From: Patescibacteria group bacterium | GTDB lineage: Bacteria > Patescibacteriota > Gracilibacteria > UBA1369 > PNNO01 | Direction: 5' to 3' | DNA: 42,446 nucleotides | Assembly: GCA_042568575.1 (NCBI GenBank) | Contig: JBHPIO010000011.1 | Span: 1 to 42,446, forward strand | In this document: positions 1 through 7,401 of the stretch, in pieces | Layout: the number at the start of each line of letters is the position of its first letter | Numbering within the stretch: position 1 is the stretch's first letter | Notes under the pieces: model-generated | Told to the model about the DNA's origin: nothing | The model's database searches: none | What the model saw: only the letters and a program-made list of their open reading frames with translations | Made by a program: the position numbers and the translations under genes

Positions 1-2
1 GA

Positions 3-422
3 CATTTAATTGGAGCGGCTCTAGCTACAATAGTGCTTGGTCCGTTTTCCGGAGTTTTAATTATTTCTGCAGTTCTGGTTTTGCAGGCTTTCCTGTTTGG
101 CGACGGAGGGATTATGGCTTTAGGATCAAATATTATCAATATGGCCATAGTGGCGTCCTTTGTGGCTTACTTTGTTTTTGATAAACTTTTCAGTCTTCCC
201 AAGAAAGTCTCGTTGAAATTTTTTGTTGGAATATTTGTTGCAGCATGGCTTTCTGTGATAGCAGCCTCAACTGTGTGTTCGATTGAATTAATTATAAGCG
301 GACATGGAGGCGTCGAAATTCTCACTTCAATGAACCTTGTTCACGCGCTTATCGGAATTGGAGAAGGAATAATCACTATACTCATCATTGCGCTGTTTTT
401 CCCAAGGCTTTTAAGATCGTAA
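3..422 (+). CDS. cbiM: CbiM/NikM family ECF-type cobalt/nickel transporter substrate-binding membrane component (5'-truncated by window edge)
   Basis: The frame is open from position 3 (HLIGAALATIVLGP...). It has the CbiM motifs LQAFLFGDGGIMALGSNIINM and HALIGIGEGIIT and is hydrophobic throughout. Confidence 0.9.
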   Translation, partial: HLIGAALATIVLGPFSGVLIISAVLVLQAFLFGDGGIMALGSNIINMAIVASFVAYFVFDKLFSLPKKVSLKFFVGIFVAAWLSVIAASTVCSIELIISGHGGVEILTSMNLVHALIGIGEGIITILIIALFFPRLLRS

Positions 423-434
423 TTTTTTAGAAAT

Positions 435-719
435 ATGCAGAAAAAGAAACTTATCATACTACTTATTTTATCCGTTTTTATAGGACTTGCGTTATCGTTT
501 TTTGCGTCCCCTTCTCCGGATGGACTTGAGCGCATAGCGGAAAATCACTGTTTTATTGAAAGCGCAATAAGCTTTTGGAATGGACTTATGCCGGATTACA
601 CATTCCTAGGGATAGAAAATGAGTGGCTTGCTGTTGGTCTCGCCGGCTTAATTGGAACCATGGCGACATTTTTAGTTTTGTACGGACTTACGTTTGTATT
701 CGTAAAAGTTCAGAAATAG
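435..719 (+). CDS. PDGLE domain membrane protein (NikN/CbiN-like partner of CbiM)
   Basis: Signature ASPSPDGLE and PDY motif, two TM helices, directly downstream of cbiM. Confidence 0.9.
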   Translation: MQKKKLIILLILSVFIGLALSFFASPSPDGLERIAENHCFIESAISFWNGLMPDYTFLGIENEWLAVGLAGLIGTMATFLVLYGLTFVFVKVQK

Positions 720-734
720 GAAAAAGAATTTCTA

Positions 735-785
735 TTTCGCCAAAAATGCATTTTGAGTATAATGCCTTTAGTTTGTTCATTTACA
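735..785 (+). promoter_or_regulatory. Putative sigma70 promoter and boxA-like leader of the tRNA-Ile gene
   Basis: Perfect TATAAT at 758-763 with a weak -35. TGTTCATTTACAA just upstream of the tRNA resembles a boxA element. Confidence 0.45.
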
Positions 786-831
786 ATCAGGGCCTGTAGC
801 TCAGTTGGTCAGAGCAGTCGGCTTGAAGACC

Positions 832-1197
832 TTAAGCTAAGTTATGCTGTGGATTATGCAGTTCAGTGTGGCAATTGTGGCAAAGAAGAATACACTTTTT
901 AAGTTCTCTTTCTATTGCTGAATATTTTCGATTAGATAAAGATCTTAAATCTAATTTGAATTCTTTCTTTTTTGGATCTTGATGATGGAAAGTTAACGCA
1001 GAAAGATTCTTTTTATAACCACATATACCGCATTTACCTCCTAATTCTTGTACAATCCTCTTCTTTCTTCTTAATCCCCTCTCTTGTTGGGCATCATAAG
1101 ATTGATGAGCCTTATTCTTACAAGAAATAGAACAGAACATTTTCTGTTTGCCAATTAACTCCTTTCCACAAATCGTACAGTTTATGACCTTATTCAT
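832..1197 (-). CDS. HNH-family (zinc-finger/HNH) putative homing endonuclease, antisense within the intron
   Basis: N-terminal CxxC...CxxxC zinc finger, then CGICG, LTFHH.DP and C-terminal LLCHNCHTELH, typical of small HNH nucleases. Confidence 0.8.
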   Translation of the reverse strand: MNKVINCTICGKELIGKQKMFCSISCKNKAHQSYDAQQERGLRRKKRIVQELGGKCGICGYKKNLSALTFHHQDPKKKEFKLDLRSLSNRKYSAIERELKKCILLCHNCHTELHNPQHNLA

Positions 1198-1203
1198 AAC
1201 TGT

Positions 1204-1231
1204 ATAATAACATAATACGCTTAAGCGTCAC
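1204..1231 (-). promoter_or_regulatory. Putative antisense (leaderless) promoter for the intron HNH ORF
   Basis: The minus strand reads GTGACG-16 nt-TATTAT with an extended -10 TGn, 6 nt before the ATG at 1197. The perfect palindrome ACGCTTAAGCGT overlaps the -35/spacer. Confidence 0.5.
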
Positions 1232-1482
1232 AGGGCTGCTTGCGAAGTAATTCGCAAGTGATAACTTATCAAATTCGGGGAAGCCTAAATCTATTAAAGA
1301 TACGGTAATCCCGAGCCAAGCTCACATAAGTGAGAAGGTGTAGAGACTAGACGGTAAGCATCCTAACAGGATGAAGGGATAGTCCAGCTCACAAACCCGA
1401 AAGGGGCCATGAAAATGGTAGCGAGATGCATAACCGATTTGTCGCTGGTTCAAGTCCAGCCAGGCCCACCAAACGCTTTAGT

Positions 1483-1686
1483 ATGCGAAAAACACACTCA
1501 AAAACTCTACATTGTTATTCAAAACCTTCTTTTTTAGGAGGTATGTCTCGTATACTTGATATTGGATGCACCATTCGAAATGGTGCTTTATACGATTCGC
1601 CTATAGAAGCCGATGCAAAAGCGATATACAGTGATTGGAGAGCAGTTGGTGAAGATATATCCTTTAGTATGAAAGAAATCTGTTAA
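1483..1686 (+). CDS. Small hypothetical protein (67 aa)
   Basis: ATG 12 nt after the tRNA CCA. The PSFLGGMSRILDIG...ADAKAIYSDWRAVGED pattern looks like a real small mobile-element-associated protein. The ORF-track start at 1426 lies inside the intron/tRNA. Confidence 0.6.
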   Translation: MRKTHSKTLHCYSKPSFLGGMSRILDIGCTIRNGALYDSPIEADAKAIYSDWRAVGEDISFSMKEIC

Positions 1687-1689
1687 ATA

Positions 1690-1709
1690 GTGGTCGTTGA
1701 GCTCCACCA
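1690..1709 (+). repeat. Degenerate tRNA-3'-end-like repeat, copy 1
   Basis: GTGGTCGTTGAGCTCCACCA, 18/20 identical to the last 20 nt of copy 3. Confidence 0.7.
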
Positions 1710-1856
1710 AAAACACAGCAAAGGTCTATTCTATGTGGAGTTATTGACTTTTATCTTGTTCCAATCCAGCAATATTAGTACCATTCCACAAAATACGGAG
1801 TTCACGAAAATTCTCTGTTTAAAGCACAGATTTATTGATAAAATTGTGGTGTAATT

Positions 1857-2645
1857 ATGATCTGTTTGATGAGAAACAATATATTGTTTAAAATACTTTG
1901 CGTTCTTTTGTTTGTTCTGATTGCACTTGGAATAGCAGATTACTGCATATTGGATAGTTTTTGGCTAACAGATTATATTCGAGGCTCTTTTACTGAGACT
2001 ATAGGGATTCTTATTACGTTAATATTTGTTGAACGAATAGTAGCTTCACAGCGCAATAAGGAAGAAAAAAACGGTGAAAAGAAACAAATAAGAAGACTAA
2101 ACAAAATCCTAAAACCAGAGTTAAAAAGGGTACTTCAATATGCAAGCTTCATGACAACTAAAGATGGAGAACAAAACTATACGATTACAAAGAATTTTCA
2201 ATTTAACCGCTTAGCGAATTTTCATATCCCAGCACTTTCAGTATTTGATGCTCCAGAAAGATCATTTAAGCTAATGTTTCAAAGCATTGAAATAAATCTT
2301 ACAACTATTCGCGAGGCACTTTTAAACCTAGAATTTAAATATTACCCAAATCTAGAGAGATTGCTTTTAGGTTATATAGATTCTATGAGCAAGGGAAACC
2401 CACTGAACTTTTTATCTTGCTTAGAACATAATAAAGGATTCCCTGAGAGTATAAAAAAGATGATCTCCGAAGTACCAGATGATGTAGTGCCTACATATGA
2501 GGAATATAAGCCTGATATTTATGAGGGCAAATCGGCAAATATTATGACCTCAATAATAAGGCTGTATGAAATCATAAACTTTCATATAGAATTTGAGCAT
2601 GAATACTCTGAACAGGTATCTGACCTTTTAATAGAAAAGAGATAA
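1857..2645 (+). CDS. Hypothetical membrane-anchored protein
   Basis: 262-aa ORF with two N-terminal hydrophobic segments followed by a soluble helical region. No family recognised. Confidence 0.7.
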   Translation: MICLMRNNILFKILCVLLFVLIALGIADYCILDSFWLTDYIRGSFTETIGILITLIFVERIVASQRNKEEKNGEKKQIRRLNKILKPELKRVLQYASFMTTKDGEQNYTITKNFQFNRLANFHIPALSVFDAPERSFKLMFQSIEINLTTIREALLNLEFKYYPNLERLLLGYIDSMSKGNPLNFLSCLEHNKGFPESIKKMISEVPDDVVPTYEEYKPDIYEGKSANIMTSIIRLYEIINFHIEFEHEYSEQVSDLLIEKR

Positions 2646-2694
2646 AGCGAACTCATCATAAATAGACGCCTATTATCCGTCGATTAATAATTCA

Positions 2695-3621
2695 CTACTT
2701 CTTCAATACACGAAGCAGGGTTTTTACTACCGCTTTGGGCTTATCGATTTCTGATAAAGATTTGAAAACTTTGGGGGTAATTACTTTTCTAATTTGATCT
2801 TCAGGAACCGGATTCCCTGCTTCCTTAGCTTCCTCTACTACAGCCTCAACGAATGCATCGTATGGACCAGCTTCTTGAGAAACCAATTCTATGTTTACTA
2901 TACACTCATTTGGATCAAGTTCAGACTGAGCCATATCCACTTTGCATTCTTCCAATAGATTATTGAGTAAGCTTAATACAAAGGGGTAGTATGGTTGCTC
3001 ATCAGGATTTCCGTCTGTTCTTTCTAAATCGATATCTTTCCCATATTCTGATGCTGGAAGTTTTGGCCACCTAGCCGGATCTTCTCCAAAGTCCCCAGTT
3101 ATATTCATTAGCCATTTGTAGTCTGTTCTTGATGTTCTATCTGCTTCGTTTCGATATTCACGATCTCTCAGTAATCCAACCTGACCAAAAACTTCTGCAT
3201 TCTTCTTCCCGCGATATCTAAGACTTCCTTTAAAGGACTTTACTAGCAACCATTCTCCATCCTGATAGCCCTCCATTCCAATATGTGGTTGTTTCCTAGG
3301 ATCTCCACCTCTAAAATTCGACTGATAGTACCAAATCCGCTCCAGCTCCTTCTCTTTCTCCTCAGTAGCCTCTTCCGGAGCCATAGTTTTTATATTAGCC
3401 AAAGTAGCAGATACAACTGCATCTATTGAAGCATTTTCAGCTGGAATATCACTCAGCAATGGAGAAATTCCATTTAGCAGAGCTCTTTCTTGTTCGGTTA
3501 GTTCTTCTGAAGCAGCAAGCTTGTCTTTCAATCTCGACAGAACCTGCACCAATTGATCGAGCTGGTGTTCTTGCCCTTCAGGTGGCTGATCTATATGACG
3601 CGAATCGTCATCAACGTCCAT
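2695..3621 (-). CDS. Hypothetical acidic protein
   Basis: Long ORF. The ATG at 3621 is preferred because TTGTCA-18-TATAAT (with extended -10 TGn) at 3676-3647 lies just upstream. Confidence 0.7.
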   Translation of the reverse strand: MDVDDDSRHIDQPPEGQEHQLDQLVQVLSRLKDKLAASEELTEQERALLNGISPLLSDIPAENASIDAVVSATLANIKTMAPEEATEEKEKELERIWYYQSNFRGGDPRKQPHIGMEGYQDGEWLLVKSFKGSLRYRGKKNAEVFGQVGLLRDREYRNEADRTSRTDYKWLMNITGDFGEDPARWPKLPASEYGKDIDLERTDGNPDEQPYYPFVLSLLNNLLEECKVDMAQSELDPNECIVNIELVSQEAGPYDAFVEAVVEEAKEAGNPVPEDQIRKVITPKVFKSLSEIDKPKAVVKTLLRVLKK

Positions 3622-3774
3622 GTTATACAGGATTAAGTACGTCAATATTATAGCATAATTTTACATTTTGTGACAATTTAGGTTGCAAGGGAATTCAGTA
3701 ACTCCTTACATTGTGATAAACTAGTGTTTCCTAAATAACTCTTGATATTCACAATCACTCTCTCAACAAACCCA

Positions 3775-3825
3775 CTCACAACCTTGTTGTCACTCGGTTC
3801 AATCCGTGGTCGTCCAGGCCCACCA
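3775..3825 (+). repeat. Degenerate tRNA-Ile 3'-half copy (repeat copy 2)
   Basis: CTCACAACCTTGTTGTCACTCGGTTCAATCCGTGGTCGTCCAGGCCCACCA aligns with the spliced tRNA from the anticodon loop to CCA. The last 12 nt (CCAGGCCCACCA) are identical. Confidence 0.75.
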
Positions 3826-3862
3826 GACAAGGAATTACTTAGATGTCATTTAAATATATAAA

Positions 3863-4771
3863 ATGGAAAAAAAGGAGCCATGGCTTCCTATCGAAGTAGT
3901 TTCATCATTGGTACGATCATTAGATCAAGGGGTTGATATTCTTACTATCGTCAATGAATATACAACGAATTTTACGAATCTTGATATTCTACGAGCATTA
4001 AGGAGAATGAAAGTTGATTCAGTTATAGAATTTAAAACCATGGATGAATACGTAACCTTTATGTGCACTTTAAATACAATAAATGATCCTCCAATAGATC
4101 CAGAAAATATTAGTATTAGAGATGCTTCGCATGATGATTTGGAAGAAATTGAGGAAATATACAAACTTTCAAGGGCTGACATCCACGATTTACCTGCATT
4201 TAGACGAAAAGGTGGGATTTTTAATCCTTTAAGCGAAGAGGATCTTCAAGGAAATCTAACTCACCCAAATTATAAATTACGTGTTTTAGAAGGTGAAGGA
4301 AAGATAATAGCTGCGACCGATTTTTTATTACCTCCAGGTAATGGTGAACTGGACAACATATACTTTGATTCAGCATTCGATCCTGTTTTTCTTGCAAAAG
4401 TTGAATCACGCTTAAGAGATTTTGTTTTAAAAAATATTGGAAAAATAACATGGATTCATGATTTAATAGTTCATCCAGATTACAAATCTTTGGTGGGAGC
4501 CATTTTTATGCAGAAAACGTTGAGGGCAATGTATGAAGAGTTTGGACTTGAATATGCTATGTCGGAAGTATGGGGCTTTTATCAAGGTGAAAAACCATAT
4601 GGAGAATTGTATTATAATATTCCTTCTACTTCTTTGCTTTTATTCAAAATAGGAGGATGTAGATTTGATGCTGTTGAAGAAAAAGTGCAAATTGATGATG
4701 TGGATTTAAACTTAGAAAGATATCCTTATTTATTTGATATCAAAAGATTAATTTCACAGGGGGGAATATAA
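3863..4771 (+). CDS. Hypothetical protein with a possible GNAT acetyltransferase-like fold
   Basis: SIRDASHDDLEEIEEIY and WIHDLIVHPDYKS.VG resemble GNAT N-terminal and motif A segments. Confidence 0.55.
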   Translation: MEKKEPWLPIEVVSSLVRSLDQGVDILTIVNEYTTNFTNLDILRALRRMKVDSVIEFKTMDEYVTFMCTLNTINDPPIDPENISIRDASHDDLEEIEEIYKLSRADIHDLPAFRRKGGIFNPLSEEDLQGNLTHPNYKLRVLEGEGKIIAATDFLLPPGNGELDNIYFDSAFDPVFLAKVESRLRDFVLKNIGKITWIHDLIVHPDYKSLVGAIFMQKTLRAMYEEFGLEYAMSEVWGFYQGEKPYGELYYNIPSTSLLLFKIGGCRFDAVEEKVQIDDVDLNLERYPYLFDIKRLISQGGI

Positions 4772-4785
4772 ATGTTTATATGTTT

Positions 4786-4814
4786 GTTCTATCCGTGGTC
4801 GTTGAGGCCCACCA
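4786..4814 (+). repeat. Degenerate tRNA-3'-end-like repeat, copy 3
   Basis: GTTCTATCCGTGGTCGTTGAGGCCCACCA, 26/29 identical to 3797-3825. Confidence 0.8.
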
Positions 4815-4926
4815 ATTCAATTAAGCATGCTACGAAGAAGGAGCAAAGCGATGCTTATACATGCGTATGAACGAAGTGAATCGGATGGATAAATACGACG
4901 GAGTGCCTGACTAAGTAGGATGATGA

Positions 4927-6201
4927 TTAATCTCGAAGCCGAAGGCTGAGAGGCCCAGTACTATCCCAATCAGTCCTACTATCTTCATAAGCCGTAATAT
5001 CACTGGAATCTCCAAGTTCACATTCTTGATAATCTGCATCTGTATATTCTGGAAATGGTTGCCAATCTTCTTTGGTACATAATTGAACTTCATCGTCGAC
5101 TATTATGGCTTCTTTAGGCAATATTGACTCAACATCTCCATATTCATACTTAGGATACAGATTCATTATAGTTTCAATTCTCTCAGCAAAATCATCACTT
5201 GGTTCTGGTATTAAAGCTGCACCATTAGTATCAATAACTTCACGAACTTTTTCTGCTACAGCTTGATTTTGTTGTTGGATACTTGGTCTATACGTACGTT
5301 GAGCATGATCACGTGCTTCCCTTGTACGCCTACTTCTCGAAAACATTCCTAAGCGGTCATAATGAAGAGATTGACCAGTTCCGATTTCCAAATCCCTCTC
5401 TAATGAAGCAATAAACAGCATTGTATATAAATCATATTTGTAAGCTTCTGCTTCCACCTCATGAACAATCTGATTCCCGGAACGAATAGAATCATATGTT
5501 CTTTCAGGATCCCCAGGATAAGAACTAGTTATCCTATTTTCCCCAACTACTCTATCAATTCCACCTATCTCTGCAGGTGTTTTTTGAGCCACATAAACTG
5601 CCAAGTCATTCCAAAACTCATTTTTATTCATACTGCCACCTAGCGTTTCCATATTGTGTTTTTCATGTTTTTCGTTTCCAATCCAAAAAGTCATGTCACG
5701 CACCTTTAATTTGCATCGTGATTCTCTTAAGAACTCCATATATGGCTCAAATTCACTGGATCCAGCCTCAATCAAACTTCCAATTATTCTCATTCTTCTT
5801 TCAATAAACTCTAAAGCTCTCGGATAATCGGTATGAATATAACTTTCGTGTTCCTGTGGCATATAAAGACCCTCGGCAATTCGTTGTTTTAATAGAGTAC
5901 CAAAGATTTCACTTCTAAAATCTCCTTCACCATAGAGTAGCTCCCATTGCCATAGTTCTGATGCCGTCTCAACAATTTCTCTAGCCTGATCTGGGCTATC
6001 TACAAGTGCTTCTTTAATTAAATATATATAAGCTTGCTTCAGTTCATCCATTCTAGTCAGATTTTCTTCTCGCTGAGCATTGCTTATTCGATCCCTTCCT
6101 TTTAGCATCTGCTGGGCATGTAATTCACCAAATTCTGCCGAAAGTCGCGTCAACTCTTGCAACTCCGGAAACTCAAATTTTTCACCAGCTTGTTCTGACA
6201 T
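4927..6201 (-). CDS. Hypothetical protein
   Basis: ORF of more than 420 aa. The ATG at 6201 follows TTGACA-17-TATATT (6252-6224). Confidence 0.7.
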   Translation of the reverse strand: MSEQAGEKFEFPELQELTRLSAEFGELHAQQMLKGRDRISNAQREENLTRMDELKQAYIYLIKEALVDSPDQAREIVETASELWQWELLYGEGDFRSEIFGTLLKQRIAEGLYMPQEHESYIHTDYPRALEFIERRMRIIGSLIEAGSSEFEPYMEFLRESRCKLKVRDMTFWIGNEKHEKHNMETLGGSMNKNEFWNDLAVYVAQKTPAEIGGIDRVVGENRITSSYPGDPERTYDSIRSGNQIVHEVEAEAYKYDLYTMLFIASLERDLEIGTGQSLHYDRLGMFSRSRRTREARDHAQRTYRPSIQQQNQAVAEKVREVIDTNGAALIPEPSDDFAERIETIMNLYPKYEYGDVESILPKEAIIVDDEVQLCTKEDWQPFPEYTDADYQECELGDSSDITAYEDSRTDWDSTGPLSLRLRD

Positions 6202-6298
6202 GCTTAACCTTTTAAGAGGCACGAATATAACTGTTTATTTTGTTTTTGTCAAAACAGTCGTAAAACAATCTCCAATATGTTACATTTTTTCTACTCGC

Positions 6299-6375
6299 GG
6301 GGCATTAGCTCAGTTGGCTAGAGCGCTACGCTGGCAGCGTAGAGGCCACCGGTTCAAGCCCGGTATGCTCCACCA
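6299..6375 (+). tRNA. tRNA-Ala (GGC)
   Basis: GGGGCAT/ATGCTCC acceptor stem with G3.U70, CTACG-CTGGCAG-CGTAG anticodon arm, GGTTCAAGCC T-arm and encoded CCA. Confidence 0.96.
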
Positions 6376-6418
6376 TTGTAATATGATATAGTTTTAGAGG
6401 CGCATTAATAGTTTAAAA

Positions 6419-6931
6419 ATGCTCGATCTCATCATCTCTTCTCTCTATTTTATTCTTCCGGCATATGTCGCAAATATGTGTCCGGTGATTTTTGGCAAAC
6501 TTAAATTCCCTTTTGGGAAGCCGATTAGCAAGAAACTTTTTGGTGCGCATAAGACGTATCGTGGCATTTATGTCGCTTATTTTGGCGCGCTTTTAACGTT
6601 ATTCATTCAACAAAAACTCGCGCTAACAGAAATCAGTCTCCTAGATTACGGTACGATTAATCTTTGGCTTTACGCGTTCCTTTTTGGAATTGGAGCAATT
6701 GTCGGCGATCTCGTAAAATCGTATATTAAAAGACGAATAAATATTAAACCTGGTGATCCGTGGATTCCTTTTGATCAACTTGATTTTATTGTTGGAGCAC
6801 TTCTGTTTCTGGCTCCTCTTTATGTTCCTTCATGGGAAGTTATCCTGGTAATAGTTATTGCAACTCCCCTTCTCCATCTTCTAACAAACGTACTTGGATA
6901 CGTTTTGAGGATCAAAAAAGTCTGGTGGTAA
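6419..6931 (+). CDS. carS: CDP-archaeol synthase (CarS/DUF46) family cytidylyltransferase
   Basis: Motifs LPAYVANM.P, FGAHKTYRG and GDLVKSYIKRR.NIKPG.PWIPFDQLDF, multi-TM. Confidence 0.85.
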   Translation: MLDLIISSLYFILPAYVANMCPVIFGKLKFPFGKPISKKLFGAHKTYRGIYVAYFGALLTLFIQQKLALTEISLLDYGTINLWLYAFLFGIGAIVGDLVKSYIKRRINIKPGDPWIPFDQLDFIVGALLFLAPLYVPSWEVILVIVIATPLLHLLTNVLGYVLRIKKVWW

Positions 6932-6961
6932 ATTAGGCGGGAAGCGGGAGAGAGCGAGGGG

Positions 6962-7255
6962 TTAGTAGAAGTGAATGATCAAAGCCACGATTGCGGCGAT
7001 CAGGAAGGCGGCACCAAGTATGAGTTGGAGGATTATAGGCCATATCTTATCGCCCATTCCCCATCTTGCCATACCTTCGATGCCTGAGAACATGTTCATC
7101 TTGCTTTCGGCAGGGGGATATCTCTCGGTTTCTTCGTTGAACTTCCTCGTCCCGAGAATGAAGAAAACGACTGCTAGCACGAATGCTATTCCAGACACAA
7201 CTAATGTCATAGGCATCTCCCTTCTATTCGCTCTGTCCCGCTTATCAAACGACAT
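6962..7255 (-). CDS. Hypothetical two-TM membrane protein
   Basis: 97 aa with two hydrophobic helices and visibly higher GC than its neighbours. Confidence 0.55.
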   Translation of the reverse strand: MSFDKRDRANRREMPMTLVVSGIAFVLAVVFFILGTRKFNEETERYPPAESKMNMFSGIEGMARWGMGDKIWPIILQLILGAAFLIAAIVALIIHFY

Positions 7256-7401
7256 GACGACTCACGTGATGGGGAAAAAATCCCACAACGTTATTGCCAT
7301 CAAGATGGTAACGTTATCACTTTTACTTAGATTGTCAAGGCAGAGCTCTTCTCAATTTAATGAATATCTATAAAATGTTGGAGCGCAACCTACCAAATAT
7401 T

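Larger units (their letters stand above)
824..1428 (+). mobile_element. Group I self-splicing intron (605 nt) inserted between U33 and C34, with a homing endonuclease ORF in the P1 loop
   Basis: The 5' exon ends in U and the intron ends in G (1428). The IGS-like CAGGGCTG (1231-1238) pairs with exon CGGCT via a U.G pair. P2 is CTTGCGAA-GTAA-TTCGCAAG and P3 is CTTATC/GGTAAG. Core elements are P AAATTCGGGGAA, Q AATCCCGAGC, R GTAGAGACTAGACG and S GAAGGGATAGTCC. P8 is CATCCT/AGGATG, and the P9 hairpins have GAAA loops. Confidence 0.92.
790..1471 (+). tRNA. tRNA-Ile2 (anticodon CAT, lysidine type), split by a group I intron; exons 790-823 and 1429-1471
   Basis: Exon 1 GGGCCTGTAGCTCAGTTGGTCAGAGCAGTCGGCT joined to exon 2 CATAACCGATTTGTCGCTGGTTCAAGTCCAGCCAGGCCCACCA gives a full cloverleaf: GGGCCTG/CAGGCCC acceptor stem, GTCGG/CCGAT anticodon stem, CT-CAT-AA loop and encoded CCA. 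The paired G1-C72 and the absence of three consecutive G-C pairs in the anticodon stem argue against initiator fMet. The sequence resembles bacterial Ile2 tRNAs. Confidence 0.88.

Noticed and set aside
1426-1482. N-terminal part of the 86-aa ORF
   Set aside because: It overlaps the intron 3' end and tRNA exon 2. The real start is more likely 1483.
1690-4814. CRISPR array or integron attC sites
   Set aside because: The repeats are 1-2 kb apart, degenerate and tRNA-like. There are no cas or intI genes and no attC RYYYAAC/GTTRRRY ends.
7360-7401. Upstream start codons given by the ORF track for the HypC-HydE gene
   Set aside because: HypC proteins begin MC and use the N-terminal Cys, so ATG 7402 fits.
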